From assembly GCA_963835575.1 (NCBI GenBank), contig CAWIGG010000004.1, positions 1,000,016 to 1,064,015 on the forward strand: DNA of 64,000 bases. The letters are read 5' to 3'. A program made the translations under genes and the position numbers. The DNA is from an uncultured Spirochaetota bacterium. GTDB taxonomy: Bacteria > Spirochaetota > Brevinematia > Brevinematales > JAOACQ01. Below the pieces are notes generated by a model. The model was not told where the DNA came from. It saw only the letters and a list, made by a program, of their open reading frames with translations, and ran no database searches. Positions 21,801-29,034 of this stretch are shown here, piece after piece (the first letter of the stretch is position 1; each line of letters begins with the position of its first letter).

Positions 21801-24800
21801 GAAGGCGACCATCTCCTGAGGATCACGGCAAGGGACAAAGCCGGCAATACAAGCATAAAGGAGATCAATTTCTACTGCGGCGAAACACTGCCTCTGCTGG
21901 CGATATCGGGCGTGCAGAACGGGATGAGCTACGGCGGCGCCGTGGAATACAGGGTCGAAAAAACAACGTCGGATGTTTTCGACATCCATGTCGTTCTGAA
22001 CGGCGCGGACGCTGCGGAGAACGGCTCCTGCGCAGACGAGGGGACATATACGCTGACGGCGAGTGCGCATGACGCAAGCCTGAATTACTTTGAAAGGACA
22101 ATCCGTTTTAATATCGATAAAACGCCCCCGCGATTTGTCATAACCGGGATTTCTGACGGCGGGTTTTATAACCATCCGGCCGTCTACAGCTTCGGCGCGC
22201 TGGACGCTAACGGCGCGGACATCGCGGCGTACCATAACGGGGCTCCTATACCTGCGAACGGGACGCTGGACGGCGAGGGGGGCCATTCCGTCCGGCTTAC
22301 GGCTTCCGACATGGCCGGGAACAGGAGCGAAACGAACATCTCTTTTGTCATCGACAGGACCGGGCCGCGCATCAGCATCATAGGCGCGGAGGACGGCGTC
22401 ATATACAGGACAAGCCGGTATATCGAGATCGGCATCGACGAAGCGAACCTCGATCATTATTCGGTAAAGATAAACGGCGACGAGACGAACGCGACTAATC
22501 TCCTGATCTCCGCGGACGGGACATTCAGCCTGGATGTGACGGCGTACGATAAAGCGGGCAACACGGCGGAGGAGCAGGCGAAATTCATGGTCGATTTGAC
22601 CCCCCCGCAGATCAGCCTGGAAGACTTTTCGCCATGCATGAATAACCTCAACGCCGGGATCCATATCGCGGACAGCGAGGTTTTCAATCAATTTTATATC
22701 TACCTGAACGGATCGACCGTCATGCGGGCGTCGAACATCGCGGCGGCCGAAACCAATATTTACCTGAGGGACCTTATGATAAACGGCAGTCCGGCCGTAA
22801 GCGGGGACGGGAATTACACGCTGGAAGCCATAGCGATAGACAGGGCGGGCAACCCGGCCGACACGCGCGTCCAGGGCTTTATTTACGACACAACCCCGCC
22901 GGCGCTGTATTCGCTCTATCCCCCGGACGGCGCGGTGCTGACAAGGGCGGACGTCAGGGCCGTCGTGATGGACCAAAATCTTCAGAGCGCCTCTGTCTAT
23001 TTGAACGGCTCGCTCGCGGCGAGCGTGAACAGCGATACGAACATGATCACGCTTCTGCCCGGAGCTGTCACGGCCGAGGGCGTCTACCATATGCAGGTGT
23101 CCGCGATTGACAAAGCGGGCAATCAGTCCGCCACAAACACCGTTTTTATCATTGATAATACGCCGCCAATCATAACCGTGAACGGCATTACGCCGGGCGG
23201 CTGGTACAACGGAGGCAGGCCCATTACTATTACTAACCTGGACGCGAACCTCGGGGCGTATTACATCACCGACGATTGCCATTACACAAACGGCTGGACG
23301 CCATACGCCCATTCAGGCAGCAACGCTGACGGGGTATATTCTTTCAATTCCGCGAATGAAGGCGCCCATACTTTAACGGTGACGGCCAGCAACAAGGCGG
23401 GCTTAATAACGACGACAAATATTGTTTATTATATTGACGAGCATAGCCCGGAATTATGGATAAGAGGCGGCGTTGATATTACGAATGGCGGGTTCTACCG
23501 CAATGATCCGGGTTTAACCGCCGAAATATTTGATAACATGAACAGTTATGCAATTCCGAATGCCATAGAATCAATCAACCTATGGGTGTCTTACAGTAAT
23601 GCCGCAGGATGGGCCGATTATGAAAACTGGACAAATCTCGGAACATATACCCTCGCTCTTTCCGTGAACAAAACTTACAATATCGGCGCCAGGGCTGTTG
23701 ATAAAGCCGGGAACGCGTTAATAACCAACATAATTATTACTTTAGATTCAATCCCGCCGGATATCGCCGTTACAGGCGTTACAGACAGCGGGAAATATAA
23801 CAGCAACAGGTTTATAAACGTTACGCTTTCGGACGATTACCTGGACCCCACCCGGTGCCTTGTCCGGCTTGACGGCGCCGATCAGGGGCCTCTGGCGCTG
23901 GCCGGAAGAGACCTGACAATGAACGTTCCGGACAGCCGGGAATCAAGCAATAAGGAACTGTTTGTCGAGGCCTTTGACAGGGCGGGGAATTCGAACATCA
24001 GGGACATTCATTACATGCTCGATATGACCCGGCCGTCTGATGTGGTTTTTGCAGGCATCACCAACGGCGCGCTGACGAACGGCGGCTGGCTCGGTATGAC
24101 GTCCGCGGACGCGTGCTCGGGAGTGGAATGGCTTTTCTATACGATAAACGGCATTGAATTCTCTAATAATAATTCGGCATGCAGTAATCATTTCGGAACG
24201 AACGATTCCCCGGCCGCTGTTTTTGATAATAACGGCACGAACAATATAAGCGCTTACGCTGTTGATTACTGCTCGAACCATTCCGCGACAAACTATATGT
24301 CATTCATGTTGGACACGATTTCGCCGCAAGTCGCAATAGAAGGCTGGGACAGCATCAGCAATTATTATTCTACAAATAATATTACACAGAATATCGATAC
24401 GAATACCAGTTTCCGGTTCCGGGTTATAGTCAATGACAATTATCTTCTGAATACGGTCACCGTCTTTGAAAATTCAAACCCGCTGGGCACACTGTCTATA
24501 ACCGGCTCCTCTTTCACGAATGTTTATACCGGGCACACATTTGACGGGAATTGCGGGCCTTTTGACATCACTGTCAACGCTTCCGACAGGGCCGGAAACC
24601 TGACAACCAATAAAACATTTAAATATAGTTTTCAGGATGATACACCGCCGCAAATTATTGTCATGAACTCAAACCAGTTGGTCCAGGACAGCGGTTTTTA
24701 CGCCTCAAGGACGAATTTTACGGGCCTTGTCCAGATCTATGATTCCGGAGGAATTGACTATTCAACTCTCAGGCTGTCCGGTTCAAGATACCAGTCCGGC

Positions 24801-25403
24801 GACAGCGCGACGAACGCGTTTTCTTCATTCAGCCTTGTTTCGAACAGCTGGTCCAACTGCACCGTCATTGTTCCCTGCGGCGGCAATAATATGCAGGAGA
24901 CGGTTTACCAGCTGTCTGTTGAAGTGTCAAACAAGAGCAAATGTTTTACCAGCAACGATATCATGTTCCTGGTGGATGAAAAGCCGCCGGAAGTTACAGT
25001 TTCAGGATTTTCTCATTACGGAGGTGTTACAAACTCAATGATCTGTTATATGGGCGGCTCATGTTCTATATATGATATAGCTCAAAATAGCAGTTTTTGT
25101 TATAACGGGCCCCAAAGCTGTCCTGTAACTATTGAAGTTTTCGATTCATTAAGCTGTCATGGTTCTTTTAACTTTTCTGCCATTAATAGTAATAACACGG
25201 TTTCTTTTAATATTGCTCCCACATATAGCGTGGTAGAAGGAGGCATGTTTAATTTTGGCACACTCAATTATGCGTATAGTTTAAGAATAATTGACGCTGT
25301 CGGGAACACAAATTATTTAAGTGACTCTGATACGAGTTATTGGATTATTTCAAATACAACATGCGGTAATTCATCTGGGAGCGGGGGGGGGAGTGGTCTG
25401 TAA
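15876..25403 (+). CDS. giant surface lipoprotein: subtilisin-like (S8) peptidase followed by about 20 Ig-like repeat domains
   Basis: GTG start with GGAG 9 nt upstream. Lipobox FLFFSC. S8 triad contexts VSVFDVGVD (Asp), HGTHISGIIAG (His) and NGTSQAAALVSG (Ser). Then repeated modules of about 90-100 aa of the form D.TPP.I......DG.Y.........G.H.L.V.A.D.AGN......F.ID. Confidence 0.85.
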   Translation: MKRWAVFLIFFLFFSCDKMARDQGAKKPEGRSDRAALTENGGRPLLNEKNEEAARFLEKYPVRKGFENGKEIIAIGNVKFTGIGFNSSLVKKDPESYIIEIRQYNDEYKGYLAKNGIVIGYYVPDNELIVRCPKDIQELRRLNGIKSVIPYQPFMKIAEADGDTAGIKKAKVMLWEKADRAWFEEYSRKNGVRIMAKAGNDYMVETEDIKPLLFEDRVLRVEKYREPAVFSFSANEIEKVLTINNPAYLRDAPVAVSVFDVGVDSSQNNLSGALRNVFDTALDGDKGEFVSHGTHISGIIAGRGNNSMGGVSGVNPEAKIDFYAMGDSLKGLIIPPSMADLFNTSINNNAYIANLSWGTYDDGNEGRYLSISRDIDEFIYEHPGFIIIAAAGNNGVSIASPATAKNVISVGALDGNALASYSPTNFCYDGRVKPDITVQGSAVNSLNLNNGYIVLNGTSQAAALVSGFVSKIYYGMKMDFGISPTHSAVKSVLAASSGDAETKNGYGYGKLFFNTPFSKKYYDIENLEGPSGVMEFSRWLTNGDEIRAVLSWTDPPAYEFALYALIDNYELEIETPDGEKIRTGDPLDNIKKITYHTTKAGVYFFRIIPAGVPLPVRDMTLVVRSLAGVIENPPQETNQNPNPVSGGPQSSGNLLADQVLHDAPSDIQSEVQTMLQENGSSSSPAMNPQSGNNGQTGGVPADPGTALGGLSSASNAAAEYQLYRKYGINAYSLRGLGFDDVDFIGATFSISNLPDQYFTVPVKSFTNANDTNEGYKKVQLNIPDSSAILNSSLLVKNDNTQETNAVSVKFILDSTAPSFGDRDPLNNGILTSPSAWIEIIDTQSGVDTNFTVSVNGAALSNGQYDYNYGNNKLTLYLDRVLVLTNVNIVDVRLINVCDMVGNAAPAEEWKFITYITNNTTPPAKPEGLTAHVSNRTVFLDWHANRETDLKGYKVYLVKGDYSSSEPLTAAPIAQNHYEINRQNVEIAGVTALDQAGNESETAYVDVSYIDMNYPPDIFIKNVPERTNGNVIADIQIRDDGYIAMTNVILDAQNLYGTWSNQDGYFTIDGNGPHTLTVIARDDDGNTVTNAVSFEIDKNAPNPPDFVTWQAQRKNVLLTWGEVNKNGNNCSYRVYLNNQNLEENWPLSNYTISPADYGRFSIGVSAVDSLGNESAVKYVIADTETGIAVNIGGTLVSGNIHVEADALLASTRYDSLGVRLSSGNSVKNWDFAGTNYINEDLSLAGIPDGDYTLTVFVSSNGAPVNTAAFNTNITVDQTPPVIVLADGNITNTAPFMITRSDHVEMIVSDAHYQSCLVNTGNSAPLYYYTNHIGLSIAGEAYISVRASDAAGNTLEKSFRIVSDTEPPLIDIAYADGFIFGRINDAYLKGYSLYSGMGPDSMTNLFYSSDFPADGIISSVPFGSSTVEAVAFDMAGNTNTAFVDIPQSNTTNAPDSIDEILVNNGSGVYFNARSIDISFRGSLGGFVRFDVFQNNNPLVSSGDILQQSYTVSGLNDGEYTLRVSGSGLWKEKNIVIDTLGPVIVIGTNAFAGQKISSAVSINEPNPANTEYWIMKEGSGLDLRLADPDELFEQGLYTIQVNCSDLAGNTAENTGLVEVIDARTNWLAAHFTGITDGGFYNSPVRLGILEKDTAVQYRVNGLPGGDYLDKEGVYYIDVSARSLVSNMIYTNSAGITLDFTPPLIVCSITDGGYYPALPPVFIDDRYLLDKDIRIDGMSYSNGDIGDGLHSIMVRAWDRAGNSNSFAASFNIDTEPPSVSVQPADGSYTQINLTVSADDGGGIAGMEYSVNGKSFPANGSFDSEGDYFLTVTASDRAGNQTSVSRYYSIDRTPPVIALNIEDGGYYGTNLVVAGMNQDLHPSTLDIYIDGLKYTGFGINTEGPHTLRAAASDRAGNSSVKEARFIIDGTPPLISVSGVENNGAYKMPVSYSVSVSDPNIDSSEILLDGETAPMTGSAGTEGDHLLRITARDKAGNTSIKEINFYCGETLPLLAISGVQNGMSYGGAVEYRVEKTTSDVFDIHVVLNGADAAENGSCADEGTYTLTASAHDASLNYFERTIRFNIDKTPPRFVITGISDGGFYNHPAVYSFGALDANGADIAAYHNGAPIPANGTLDGEGGHSVRLTASDMAGNRSETNISFVIDRTGPRISIIGAEDGVIYRTSRYIEIGIDEANLDHYSVKINGDETNATNLLISADGTFSLDVTAYDKAGNTAEEQAKFMVDLTPPQISLEDFSPCMNNLNAGIHIADSEVFNQFYIYLNGSTVMRASNIAAAETNIYLRDLMINGSPAVSGDGNYTLEAIAIDRAGNPADTRVQGFIYDTTPPALYSLYPPDGAVLTRADVRAVVMDQNLQSASVYLNGSLAASVNSDTNMITLLPGAVTAEGVYHMQVSAIDKAGNQSATNTVFIIDNTPPIITVNGITPGGWYNGGRPITITNLDANLGAYYITDDCHYTNGWTPYAHSGSNADGVYSFNSANEGAHTLTVTASNKAGLITTTNIVYYIDEHSPELWIRGGVDITNGGFYRNDPGLTAEIFDNMNSYAIPNAIESINLWVSYSNAAGWADYENWTNLGTYTLALSVNKTYNIGARAVDKAGNALITNIIITLDSIPPDIAVTGVTDSGKYNSNRFINVTLSDDYLDPTRCLVRLDGADQGPLALAGRDLTMNVPDSRESSNKELFVEAFDRAGNSNIRDIHYMLDMTRPSDVVFAGITNGALTNGGWLGMTSADACSGVEWLFYTINGIEFSNNNSACSNHFGTNDSPAAVFDNNGTNNISAYAVDYCSNHSATNYMSFMLDTISPQVAIEGWDSISNYYSTNNITQNIDTNTSFRFRVIVNDNYLLNTVTVFENSNPLGTLSITGSSFTNVYTGHTFDGNCGPFDITVNASDRAGNLTTNKTFKYSFQDDTPPQIIVMNSNQLVQDSGFYASRTNFTGLVQIYDSGGIDYSTLRLSGSRYQSGDSATNAFSSFSLVSNSWSNCTVIVPCGGNNMQETVYQLSVEVSNKSKCFTSNDIMFLVDEKPPEVTVSGFSHYGGVTNSMICYMGGSCSIYDIAQNSSFCYNGPQSCPVTIEVFDSLSCHGSFNFSAINSNNTVSFNIAPTYSVVEGGMFNFGTLNYAYSLRIIDAVGNTNYLSDSDTSYWIISNTTCGNSSGSGGGSGL

Positions 25404-25566
25404 ATTCTGTTTTTAATGAAGAGAGCATCTTGTTTTTGGAGGTCTGCCGAAAACTGTGCGAGGGCAGGCAGTAAAAGAGAAGACAAGACACTTGCAATGA
25501 CAGACATGGCGGCGAGACACTTAGATTAAAGTTTACAATTAAACAAAATAGAGGAGGACACATTTT

Positions 25567-26154
25567 ATGGATTGGAGAAAAACAGCTTTAGTTACCGTGG
25601 TTATGGGGACAATATTGGTGTTATTGACAGTATCATGCGCCTCGGCGCCCGGTGGAAGCGGGAACGGAGGCGGGAGTTCCGGCGGCCTTGACCTGACCGG
25701 TGAATGGTTAGACCCGCAAGTGGATCAAATGACAAACGGAACTATTTATACAAATTACTTTGGAGCTTTTATCGGTGATACTCTTGAAATAAAGAGCGAT
25801 AATAATATAAATTTAAAATTTTATAATAATATTGGGTCAATAAATCTTATTTATACGGCGACAAATTACGCTAAAATCGTTGTAGATGAAGCCAATAAAA
25901 CTATTACGCTTTGCGGGAATGGCCTTTTTACGAATATATATATTGATCCATTTGAAACTAATACTAATATCTATTATTTTACCAATACTTGGACCTGTAC
26001 AACAATATCATCTACAACAATTCATATTACGAATGTTGTGAAGAACAGATCTTATTTAATGTATGATGATGTGGCTTCGAATTTTGTAACTAATTTTAAT
26101 AGCGTGGGTTATGGAAGCGAATATTTATTTACTGAAGAGGGTAAGCTGCCTTAA
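25567..26154 (+). CDS. hypothetical lipoprotein
   Basis: Signal peptide plus lipobox (ILVLLTVSCAS), then a Gly/Ser linker. GGAGGA lies upstream of the ATG. No recognisable domain. Confidence 0.6.
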   Translation: MDWRKTALVTVVMGTILVLLTVSCASAPGGSGNGGGSSGGLDLTGEWLDPQVDQMTNGTIYTNYFGAFIGDTLEIKSDNNINLKFYNNIGSINLIYTATNYAKIVVDEANKTITLCGNGLFTNIYIDPFETNTNIYYFTNTWTCTTISSTTIHITNVVKNRSYLMYDDVASNFVTNFNSVGYGSEYLFTEEGKLP

Positions 26155-26218
26155 TTCGAAAAAATTGAATTTTTAACGGAATTGAGAACGGGTATTACTA
26201 TAAAGTTTGATTTATGTA

Positions 26219-26416
26219 CAGACAGATTGCTTTGTGCGGAAGCCGACGGCGAGGGAGAAAGCATGGCGCTCGTAATGACGGAGCCGGTGCGGAGCGGCGG
26301 CGTGGAAGTTTTTTTTGCTTGCAATGATGCGGTATGTGCTGAGACGGAGCACAAAAACGTCATTGCGAGAGGAGGGATTTCTGCTGTGACGAAAGCTGGC
26401 GCACGAAGCAATCTGT
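26219..26416 (+). repeat. Nested-palindromic element, copy 1 (198 nt, long variant)
   Basis: Outer arms CAGACAGATTGCTTtGtGC ... GCGCACGAAGCAATCTGT. Inner arms GCTCGTAATGACG ... CGTCATTGCGAG. Confidence 0.85.
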
Positions 26417-26458
26417 AAGGAAAAATAGGAGAGTAAAATAAAAGGGAAAGGCGGATAT

Positions 26459-26728
26459 GTGTATATCCTGGCAGCAAAATATAATAAATTGCTTTATACC
26501 GGTGTAACAAATGATTTGAAAAGAAGGGTATATGAACATAAATCCGGGATTGAAAAAGGATTCTCAAAAAAATACAATGTTAACAAACTTGTTTACTATG
26601 AAAAGTTTGATAGTATCACTCAAGCCATTAGCAGGGAAAAGCAGATAAAAGGCGGCTCAAGGGAAAAGAAGGTTGAGTTAATAGAGAAGATGAATCCTGG
26701 ATGGAAAGATATGTATGATGAGTTATAA
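26459..26728 (+). CDS. GIY-YIG nuclease family protein (UPF0213/YhbQ-like)
   Basis: 89 aa. VYILAAKYNKLLYTGVTNDLKRRVYEHK matches the GIY...YIG...R..EH signature. GTG start as in the ORF track. Confidence 0.8.
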   Translation: MYILAAKYNKLLYTGVTNDLKRRVYEHKSGIEKGFSKKYNVNKLVYYEKFDSITQAISREKQIKGGSREKKVELIEKMNPGWKDMYDEL

Positions 26729-26743
26729 AGGACTCATTTTGTG

Positions 26744-26825
26744 CAGACAGATTGCTTCGCACTGGTGTCAGCGGCGAAGGAGACAGCATGGCGCTCGCAA
26801 AGACGCGATATGTGCCGAGAAGGCC
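26744..26825 (+). repeat. Nested-palindromic element, copy 2 (5' half only)
   Basis: It begins CAGACAGATTGCTTCGCAC, has the inner arm GCTCGCAAAGACG, and lacks the 3' arms. Confidence 0.7.
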
Positions 26826-26845
26826 GAAAAAGCCACCTTTATGTA

Positions 26846-26995
26846 CAGACAGATTGCTTCGCATGAAGGTCGGCGGCAAAGGAGAAAGCATGATGCTCGC
26901 AATGACACGGTATATGCTGAGACGGAATACCAAAGCCGTCATTGCGAGTGGAGAGATTTCTACTGTGACGAAAGCTGGCGTACGAAGCAATCTGT
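26846..26995 (+). repeat. Nested-palindromic element, copy 3 (150 nt)
   Basis: CAGACAGATTGCTTCGCAT...GCTCGCAATGACA...CGTCATTGCGAG...GCGTACGAAGCAATCTGT. Confidence 0.85.
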
Positions 26996-27020
26996 AAGGA
27001 AAAATAGGAACTTTTATGTA

Positions 27021-27169
27021 TAGACAGATTGCTTCGCGCTGGAATCAGCGGCGGGGGAGACAGCATGACGCTCGCAATGACGCGGCATTCGCAGAAACGG
27101 AGCAAAAAAACGTCATTGCGAGTGGAGGGATTTCTGCTGTGCCGAAAGCTGGCGCACGAAGCAATCTGT
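27021..27169 (+). repeat. Nested-palindromic element, copy 4 (149 nt)
   Basis: TAGACAGATTGCTTCGCGC...GCTCGCAATGACG...CGTCATTGCGAG...GCGCACGAAGCAATCTGT. Confidence 0.85.
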
Positions 27170-27194
27170 CGGCAAAAGAAACAGGTTTTATATG

Positions 27195-27343
27195 CAGACA
27201 GATTGCTTCGCGCTGGAATCAGCGGCGAGGGAGGCAGCAGGGTGCTCGCAATGACGCGGTATCCGCAGAAACGAAGTACAAAAACGTCATTGCGAGGGGA
27301 CGGATATCTTCCGGGCCGATGGCTGCAATCCGAAGCAATCTGT
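27195..27343 (+). repeat. Nested-palindromic element, copy 5 (149 nt)
   Basis: CAGACAGATTGCTTCGCGC...GCTCGCAATGACG...CGTCATTGCGAG...CCGAAGCAATCTGT. Confidence 0.85.
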
Positions 27344-27368
27344 CGGTAAAAGAAACAGGTATTATATG

Positions 27369-27450
27369 CAGACAGATTGCTTCGCGCGGAAGCCGGCGGC
27401 GAGGGATCAAGCATGGCGCTCGTAATGACGGGCGTTGTGCGGAGAAGGGG
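27369..27450 (+). repeat. Nested-palindromic element, copy 6 (5' half only)
   Basis: CAGACAGATTGCTTCGCGC...GCTCGTAATGACG, then it ends. It overlaps the artificial upstream extension of ORF 27377..28495. Confidence 0.7.
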
Positions 27451-27469
27451 TTTGACAGGAGTATATTGT

Positions 27470-28495
27470 ATGAATAAACTGTTTATTTTATTGTTGACGT
27501 TATTATTCATATGCGGTTTTATTTACCCGGGTGAGCTTTTTTTGAAAGGGGACTACTCCTTATACAAGATTTACAGCCTGGAGGGCGCGTCGGGGCCGTT
27601 CCCCCCGTCCAATGCGCCGCTGCTGTTATTTGACGGGAGGAAGGACACGGCCGTGTTTGTCAGCACATACAAATACCCGAAGAGCTTTTGGGTTGTTTTC
27701 GGCAGTCCGGTGGAATTCAGCCGGATAGCCCTTTACGGAGGATTTCAGAAAAGCGGAACGGATTTCTATTATTACGCCCGGCCGAAGGCGGTGAACATAT
27801 ACTCGTATGATCCGAAGAAAAAGGAGAAGCGCGGGGCGCTCATCACGAACATAGTCATGGAAGACACGATGGGGGGGCAGGCCGTGGATTTCGAGGGCGT
27901 CCTGACCGAACCGGGGCTTGTGTTTGAGGCCGCGTCGTACTATCCCAGCACGAACTGCTCCTGCATAAGCAGGCTCGCATTCAGCGAGGTCGAGCTGTAC
28001 TACGGGGATGAAAAATACCGGGTCCTGAATTTTGACGCCGCCTCGAAGGAATACAAAAGGACATGCAGGAATGACAGGCTGAGCGAGATGAAGGGCTTCT
28101 TTTCGGTCCTGAGGAAGGCGGAATTCTTCACCAACGCCGATGCCGTCTTAAGCCTCTGGGGACAGCTGGGAGTAAAGAAAAGCGATATTTACATCTATAA
28201 ACAGGCCGGGATGAACGAAATGGCGATGCTGGAGCTGACGTTCAACGGGGAAGGCGGGTATTCCGGGAAGGTCCTCGCCGGCCGGAACGGCGGCAGGTTC
28301 GTCGAGATCAAAAACAACGGAAGAGCGACGGGGCGTTTTCATCTGGCGGAATCCGTCGAACTGGGAAGCTGGAAGATCGACGAGGACGGCGCCATCTGGG
28401 TCCAGGCCGGCCGCGGGCCGTGGAAGGCCTGCACCGGGACGGGATATTTTGAGGGTACGGACATCGGGGCGTTTGAAAGCGTGACGTACCCGTGA
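27470..28495 (+). CDS. hypothetical secreted protein
   Basis: I place the start at the in-frame ATG 27470 (MNKLFILLLTLLFICGFIYPG, a clear signal peptide). The track start 27377 lies inside repeat copy 6. Function unknown. Confidence 0.65.
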   Translation: MNKLFILLLTLLFICGFIYPGELFLKGDYSLYKIYSLEGASGPFPPSNAPLLLFDGRKDTAVFVSTYKYPKSFWVVFGSPVEFSRIALYGGFQKSGTDFYYYARPKAVNIYSYDPKKKEKRGALITNIVMEDTMGGQAVDFEGVLTEPGLVFEAASYYPSTNCSCISRLAFSEVELYYGDEKYRVLNFDAASKEYKRTCRNDRLSEMKGFFSVLRKAEFFTNADAVLSLWGQLGVKKSDIYIYKQAGMNEMAMLELTFNGEGGYSGKVLAGRNGGRFVEIKNNGRATGRFHLAESVELGSWKIDEDGAIWVQAGRGPWKACTGTGYFEGTDIGAFESVTYP

Positions 28496-28496
28496 G

Positions 28497-28535
28497 ACCA
28501 CCCCCGACCCCTCCTCAATGAGGAGGGGAGTCAGG
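28497..28535 (+). repeat. CCCCTCCT/AGGAGGGG hairpin element, intergenic copy, forward orientation
   Basis: ACCACCCCCGACCCCTCCTcaatgAGGAGGGGAGtcagg, starting 2 nt after the stop of the upstream gene. Confidence 0.85.
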
Positions 28536-28547
28536 CATATTATATAG

Positions 28548-28581
28548 CTCCCCTCCTTTTTAAGGAGGGGGTAGGGGTGGT
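28548..28581 (-). repeat. CCCCTCCT/AGGAGGGG hairpin element, intergenic copy, reverse orientation
   Basis: The reverse complement reads ACCACCCCTACCCCCTCCTtaaaaAGGAGGGGAG. It forms a convergent pair with 28497..28535, directly upstream of the DUF559 gene. Confidence 0.85.
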
Positions 28582-28605
28582 GTATAATATAATCAGGAAA
28601 GTTAT

Positions 28606-29034
28606 ATGAATTTTAAAATTAATAATAGAAAAGAATTAAAAGAAAAGCGCAGATTATTAAGGAATAATTTGACATCAGCAGAAGCAAAACTATGGAAATA
28701 TTTGCAAGGGAAAAAGCTGGATGGACGGAAATTCCGCCGTCAGCATAGTGTTGGTTATTATATTCTGGATTTTTATTGTCCGGGTGAAAAGTTATGTGTG
28801 GAATTAGACGGTATGGGACATTGTAGTAATGAAGGCCATGAATATGATATTGTACGAACAGAATATTTGAATAGTTTAAATATAAAAGTATGCAGAATTG
28901 AAAATAAGAGGGTGTTTGAAAATTTAGATGGAGTTTTAATGGAAATAAGCAGTTATTTCAAAACTACTCATGATTCGTCATCAGGAGAAAATAAGGCAGG
29001 TTGTTGTTTGCCGGAGGAATTGAATGAAGAGTAA
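28606..29034 (+). CDS. endonuclease-domain protein (DUF559, Vsr-like fold)
   Basis: LTSAEAKLWKYLQGKKLDGRKFRRQHSVGYYILDFYCPGEKLCVELDG..H....EYD..R..YL is the DUF559 signature as I know it. The 3' end overlaps the rhs start by 11 nt. Confidence 0.75.
   Translation: MNFKINNRKELKEKRRLLRNNLTSAEAKLWKYLQGKKLDGRKFRRQHSVGYYILDFYCPGEKLCVELDGMGHCSNEGHEYDIVRTEYLNSLNIKVCRIENKRVFENLDGVLMEISSYFKTTHDSSSGENKAGCCLPEELNEE

Noticed and set aside
21507-23312. 601-aa minus-strand ORF antisense to the S8/Ig-repeat gene
   Set aside because: It is Arg/Val/Asp-rich and antisense to a repeat-domain region whose plus-strand translation has clear periodic domain motifs. No independent signals support it.
26219-27450. 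Possible CRISPR array, suggested by the periodic repeats
   Set aside because: The units are about 150 nt, internally palindromic and almost abutting. There are no unique spacers of constant length and no cas genes in the window.
27377-27469. Upstream extension of the 27377..28495 ORF
   Set aside because: The extension is repeat copy 6 read in frame. The in-frame ATG at 27470 gives a canonical signal peptide.
26715-27510. Overlapping ORFs on both strands across the palindromic array (26715..27023, 26752..26997, 27016..27477, 27029..27349, 26839..27510 minus)
   Set aside because: They are translations of the repeated palindromic units, so the peptide strings repeat (e.g. RQIASRWNQRRGRQ). They are open on both strands because the DNA is self-complementary. 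This is not coding evidence.
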